Source of the DNA: Macrostomum hystrix
Lineage: Eukaryota > Animalia > Platyhelminthes
Direction: 5' to 3'
Length of the DNA: 64,000 nucleotides
NCBI GenBank assembly: GCA_950097015.1
Contig: CATNEN010000009.1
Location: 868,001 to 932,000 of the forward strand
The notes below the pieces were generated by a model. It was given only the letters and a program-made list of their open reading frames with translations. It was not told the origin of the DNA and did no database searches. Positions 59,401 to 64,000 of the stretch are shown piece by piece. Numbering within the stretch: the stretch's first letter is position 1; every line of letters begins with the position of its first letter. A program made the translations under genes and the position numbers.

Positions 59401-60501
59401 AAACTAAGTGATTTTGAGATCAAAACTTGGCTTTTTTATTTGGCCTCCAAATAAAAGTTTTTGAGAAACCCAAACAGTCAGAATTGTTAGTGTAATTGAT
59501 TTTTATTGTATTTGATGACGAAGAAGACTCCACAGGTTTGGCGGAATTCAAAAGACCCCACCGTGCCTCATAAATCGACTCCATCCTCTAACGATGCTGA
59601 TAAAAATCCATGACCTTAAAAATAAGGTTAACTCATAAGGGCCACAATTTCCATGAGTTTTTTAGCACCCGTCACCCGTCGCCCATTGAGCGCGTAAATT
59701 CAGAATCCTCCGTCCGGACTGACCCCAACAACCTCCCCACAATACACTCCGGAAGCAGCAATGCGCGAAACATTATTTGCTGTGAGTAAACACCTACATG
59801 GAACATCCATGGTCAGAGGCTGCCAGTTCGACTAAACTCAATAGTGGCAGCATGCGGCAGCAAATTGATATTCAGTGCAAGGGAATTAAGCAAAAATCTT
59901 ACTGCCCTCTTAGCAGTTAGCAGTTTGTGCACGACTACACATTCTTTGTGCTCTAATATTCACCTTAATATTTCATATTTATAAAAAGTGATGAGATAAA
60001 GCGAGTGTAATGTGCGCAAGTACAAACCCAGGTGCAGGCCAAGGTGCAGGACTGCTCAGATGAGTCACGTTGGACAGTACTCAAAGATGCGAAGCTCAAC
60101 GTGGTTGTTCAGTTAGAGGTGAGAATAATGCTATTGTAAATTCTGCCATGACTGTACTCAGTTCTATTGTCCTACCCCACCTACCGCTCTGTCTGTCAAG
60201 GTTGCCATTGACAACAACCGCCAGACTCAAACAGTCCAATATGCACAGTAGCCCAGGTTATCTTTGCAAAAATGTTTTTTAAATTAAGAAAAAGATACGA
60301 AGATAACAACAAATTCGATTTGGAGATTCAAAAAGCAGCAGCGAAACCAAAGTTTTGAAGAGGAAGCAGGTAGGTTGGAAACAAACTAAATGGAATAGAA
60401 CCTCGTCATGGAATAGAACTAAATAGCAGATGACACTGAACGCGAGAATTTAATTCAACACCTTCTAATTGGCTCCGGTAAAAGAATACATCTACATATA
60501 G

Positions 60502-62316
60502 ATGTCTACATATATTTGTGGCATGTCACCACTGCACAGCGCAGCATTCGATGGACACTTGGAAGTGGTCGGAAAGCTGATCGACTGTGGAGCAGGCATC
60601 GATCACCAGGATATATTTGGCCGGTCACCACTGAACCGCGCAGCTTTCCAGGGACACTTGGGAGTGGTCGGAAAGCTGATCGACTGTGGAGCAAGCATCG
60701 ATCTACAGAATAAAGATGGCTCGTCACCACTGTACAGCGCAGCAGTCAAGGGACACTTGGAAGTGGTCGGAAAGCTGATCGACTGTGGAGCAGGCATCGA
60801 TCTACAGAATATATTTGGCTGGTCACCACTGAACAGCGCAGCTTTCCAGGGACACTTGGAAGTGGTCGGAAAGCTGATCGACTGTGGAGCAGGCATCGAT
60901 CACCAGGATATATTTGGCCGGTCACCACTGAACCGCGCAGCTTTCCAGGGACACTTGGGAGTGGTCGGAAAGCTGATCGACTGTGGAGCAAGCATCGATC
61001 TACAGAATAAAGATGGCTCGTCACCACTGAACAGCGCAGCAGTCAATGGACACTTGGAAGTGGTCGGAAAGCTGATCGACTGTGGAGCAAGCATCGATCT
61101 ACAGGAAAAAGATGGCTGGTCACCACTGAATTGCGCAGCGAAAAAGGGACACTTGGAAGTGGTCGGAAAGCTGATCGACTGTGGAGCAAGCATCGATCTA
61201 CAGAATATATTTGGCTGGTCACCACTGAACAGCGCAGTGAAATATGGACACTTGGAAGTGGTCGGAAAGCTGATCGACTGTGGAGCAAGCATCGATCTAC
61301 AGGATAATGATGGCTGGTCACCACTGAACAGCGCAGTGAAATATGGACACTTGGAAGTGGTCGGAAAGCTGATCGACTGTGGAGCAAGCATCGATCTACA
61401 GAATAAAGGTGGCTGGTCACCACTGAACTGCGCAGCGACAAAAGGACACTTGGAAGTGGTCGGAAAGCTGATCGACTGTGGAGCAAGCATCGATCTACAG
61501 AATAATGATGGCTGGTCACCACTGAACAGAGCAGCTGTTGAGGGACACTTGGAAGTGGTCGGAAAGCTGATCGACCGTGGAGCAAGCATCGATCTACAGA
61601 ATGAAGATGGCTGGTCACCACTGAACTGCGCAGCGACAAAAGGACACTTGGAAGTGGTCGGAAAGCTGATCGACTGTGGAGCAAGCATCGATCTGCAAAA
61701 TAAAGATGGCTGGTCACCACTGAACATCGCAGCGGAAGAGGGACACTTGGAAGTGGTCGGAAAGCTGATCGACTGTGGAGCAAGCATCGATCTGCAAAAT
61801 AAAGATGGCTGGTCACCACTGAACAGCGCAGCTGTCCATGGACACTTGGAAATTGGCAGAAAGCTGATCGAATGTGGAGCAAGCATCAATCTACCGAACA
61901 TCCATGGCTGCCTGGCTATTCATTTTGCCGTTGAATTTGATCACTCTGAGCTTATCCGGTTGCTCATTGTTGCTGGTGCTGACGTCAATCGTAAAAGCAG
62001 TTCTGGCTGGACCCCTCTGCATCTGGCCATCTGGCTGGAGCTGCCGCACATCGCAGTTCAGCTTGTTGAGTCATCTGCTCTAATTTTACCTGATTTGGAC
62101 GCTCTGACGGCCACCGATTTGGCTGTTTTGCGAGGATCGTCCGTCTCGTATTCGCTGTTTAGCAATCAGCAATCGGTGTTGCCCTGTTCCGCATCCGACC
62201 AGCTGCCAAGACACATTTGGCTTCTCTGTTGCTTCGGAAATGCTGACTTTGCAGCAGTTCTGAGCGGTCATGCCGTCGATCCAATGTCGATTGATGCTCG
62301 TGTCGACATCACGTGA
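60502..62316 (+). CDS. Ankyrin-repeat protein with 14 highly similar 33-aa repeats plus 2-3 divergent ones; probably continues into further exon(s)
   Basis: 604-aa ORF with unit SPLNxAxxxGHLEVVGKLIDCGASIDLQxxxGx; the ORF stop lies inside a strong donor AC|GTGAGT at ~62312. Confidence 0.9.
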   Translation: MSTYICGMSPLHSAAFDGHLEVVGKLIDCGAGIDHQDIFGRSPLNRAAFQGHLGVVGKLIDCGASIDLQNKDGSSPLYSAAVKGHLEVVGKLIDCGAGIDLQNIFGWSPLNSAAFQGHLEVVGKLIDCGAGIDHQDIFGRSPLNRAAFQGHLGVVGKLIDCGASIDLQNKDGSSPLNSAAVNGHLEVVGKLIDCGASIDLQEKDGWSPLNCAAKKGHLEVVGKLIDCGASIDLQNIFGWSPLNSAVKYGHLEVVGKLIDCGASIDLQDNDGWSPLNSAVKYGHLEVVGKLIDCGASIDLQNKGGWSPLNCAATKGHLEVVGKLIDCGASIDLQNNDGWSPLNRAAVEGHLEVVGKLIDRGASIDLQNEDGWSPLNCAATKGHLEVVGKLIDCGASIDLQNKDGWSPLNIAAEEGHLEVVGKLIDCGASIDLQNKDGWSPLNSAAVHGHLEIGRKLIECGASINLPNIHGCLAIHFAVEFDHSELIRLLIVAGADVNRKSSSGWTPLHLAIWLELPHIAVQLVESSALILPDLDALTATDLAVLRGSSVSYSLFSNQQSVLPCSASDQLPRHIWLLCCFGNADFAAVLSGHAVDPMSIDARVDIT

Positions 62317-63176
62317 GTAGCGCCTGATGCTTGCTTTTTGTTTTACCAGTGCCACCGCAACTTCCCATTTTGTACCTGGACTTGGTTATACATCGTAATA
62401 TTTTTAAATACTTCTAGGGCAAATACTCGTATCTTTCTCTAAGGGCAGATGTGCATTCCAGTGTAGGTGAGTGCATGCGTAACTTTTCCATGTGTATTTT
62501 TGATTAAAAAAGTTTCTCGTGTAATATGCCTCTCAAATATCTTGGATATACCAGGCAACAGAACTCAAGTAACAGTATAAATACTTGTTTGCTAATTTAC
62601 TTTCTACTATCGGTTTCATTTGGCAACAGGTCCGATAATCTTGACATGCAGCAGATTGGAATGCAGTTTATTCTTGTTGCTGACACACAGGTAAATGATT
62701 CTGACCCCACTTAATTATTTTCTCGCCAGCATCTAGCTTCGATCTTTGAAAGTCTTTGGAATTCCGTTTGAGCCATTCCGTCTGTGCATTTATTTTTTAA
62801 GCGGTCTTAAAAGTGATGTGATTGTTCTTGTAGACCACTGTACTCGATGTGCACACCAGGCTCTATGTGACATTCGTAGCTGGCACTCATTTGGAAGCGG
62901 ATAAATGCGACAGCGTTCCAGGAAACTCAAACTTAAACGGGCTTCACTTGAGGAAGGCGCAACAGGGTGCAGGGCAGCTGGCAACATCCGCATGAGATTG
63001 TGCTGGTTGGCTGAGTGGAAATCGTCCTGTAGGTCTGCAGATCAGTTGGAATTGCTTTAACTACAATTTAGATAAAAGGAGACGCGGATGCTGTGGTCCT
63101 TCTCACGATCAAGCGCATGCTGTCTGTTCTTGTGGTCTCGATTGTTCCAATCAAACTGATTCATCTGCTGGGCAGA

Positions 63177-63540
63177 ATGAAAATTGACAAGAACTATGAC
63201 AAGGAGGAACTCAATCGAATTAAGCGGGGATCTGGACTTTTCCCAGCAGGCCACTATCCGTGGAAAGAACGCCCAGACAATGGTCTTGCTGATATAATTG
63301 CACAGGGTGCTCGGATCTTTAAAGTTATTAGTGATAGCAAAGACAATATTAAGAACGTAGCAGAATCAGTTGGCAGTGTTGTTACTGCGGCTAAAAAGAT
63401 AAAGGATTCTGTAACTGAATGAAAAACACTCCCAGAGATTCAACCACTTGCTCCAAATCCAGACAGTGTGGATCTGCAATCTATGAGAAGATACGAGTAA
63501 GAGCTAGTTTAAAAAGGAAAGTGGTTTTAAATTTGACTAG
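63177..63540 (+). pseudogene. Small Polinton/Maverick-type ORF (KRGSGL motif, near-KGSGFKF end), with stop and frameshift
   Basis: MKIDKNYDKEELNRIKRGSGLF..., read-through segment after TGA 63422, and AAAGGAAAGTGGTTTTAAATTTGACTAG one base off KGSGFKFD*. Lies immediately upstream of the packaging ATPase. Confidence 0.5.
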
Positions 63541-63659
63541 AGGGTACTTTCCGAGGGTACAAGACTAGTCCCAGAATGACAAATAAAGTCCCGGAATGAC
63601 ACCTCTTGACCTCTTGACGAGATTCTAAATTAATTTTTTAATTTTTTCCTGGGTGAAAA

Positions 63660-64000
63660 ATGGACATCAATCTTCACTGGACGCGTAATCAGCTTAAAGT
63701 TTTCTCATAATGAGTCAATCCCGAGTCACTTCAGATGCATTGTTGTTGGAACATCTGGCAGTGGAAAGACATTCAGAGTATTTGATATGCTTCTGAGACC
63801 TGGATTCCTAGACTATGACACTCTGCAAATCTACTCTCCCACACAGTGTCAAGATGAGTGTCAAGATGAGTGTCAAGATGAGTGTCAAGCTGAGTGTCAA
63901 GATGAGTGTCAAGATGAGTATCAAGATGAGTATCAAGATGAGTATCAAGATGAGTATCAAGATGAGTGTCAAGCTGAGTGTCAAGATGAGTGTCAAGATG
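63660..64000 (+). mobile_element. Polinton/Maverick (adintovirus-like) A32/FtsK-type packaging ATPase, 5' part, frameshifted near its start
   Basis: MDINLHWTRNQLK then, after a +1 shift, FSHNESIPSHFRCIVVGTSGSGKTFRVFDMLLRPGFLDYDTLQIYSPT. Walker A GxSGSGKT plus LLRPGxLDYD is characteristic of Polinton ATPases. Confidence 0.8.
63843..64000 (+). repeat. 12-bp tandem repeat T(G/A)TCAAGATGAG in frame with the viral ATPase (CQDE/YQDE)
   Basis: Direct read; runs to the window end. Confidence 0.95.

Overview
Eukaryotic (metazoan) genomic DNA with GT-AG introns, GC-rich exons and minisatellite-filled introns. The style suggests a free-living flatworm such as Macrostomum; that is inference, not shown by the sequence. 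Gene models were spliced by hand and checked for phase consistency. They are: an 18-exon Mcr/TEP6-like thioester-family gene whose GCGEQ motif is replaced by GTAES (+, 1955-15723); a profilin-like gene (+); an atypical HES bHLH-Orange-WRPW gene (+); a decayed ankyrin + Mab-21/cGAS-like nucleotidyltransferase gene (-); a neuropeptide precursor with 20 copies of FDPLMM that superficially looks like a minisatellite (-); a complete 10-exon CNOT1 (-); an intronless RPS12 (+); and an ankyrin gene whose near-identical repeats vary almost only at binding-surface positions (+). The window ends in a Polinton/Maverick (adintovirus-like) remnant with a packaging ATPase. Two SINE families, a probable CRE-like LINE fragment and a small TIR-bounded insertion are also present. 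Several minisatellites are tandem copies of the adjacent splice donor, acceptor or exon junction. No CRISPR, rRNA or bona fide tRNA genes were found. Strongest leads: the FDPLMM precursor, the DARPin-like ankyrin array with its ANK-cGLR relative, and the splice-site-seeded minisatellites.
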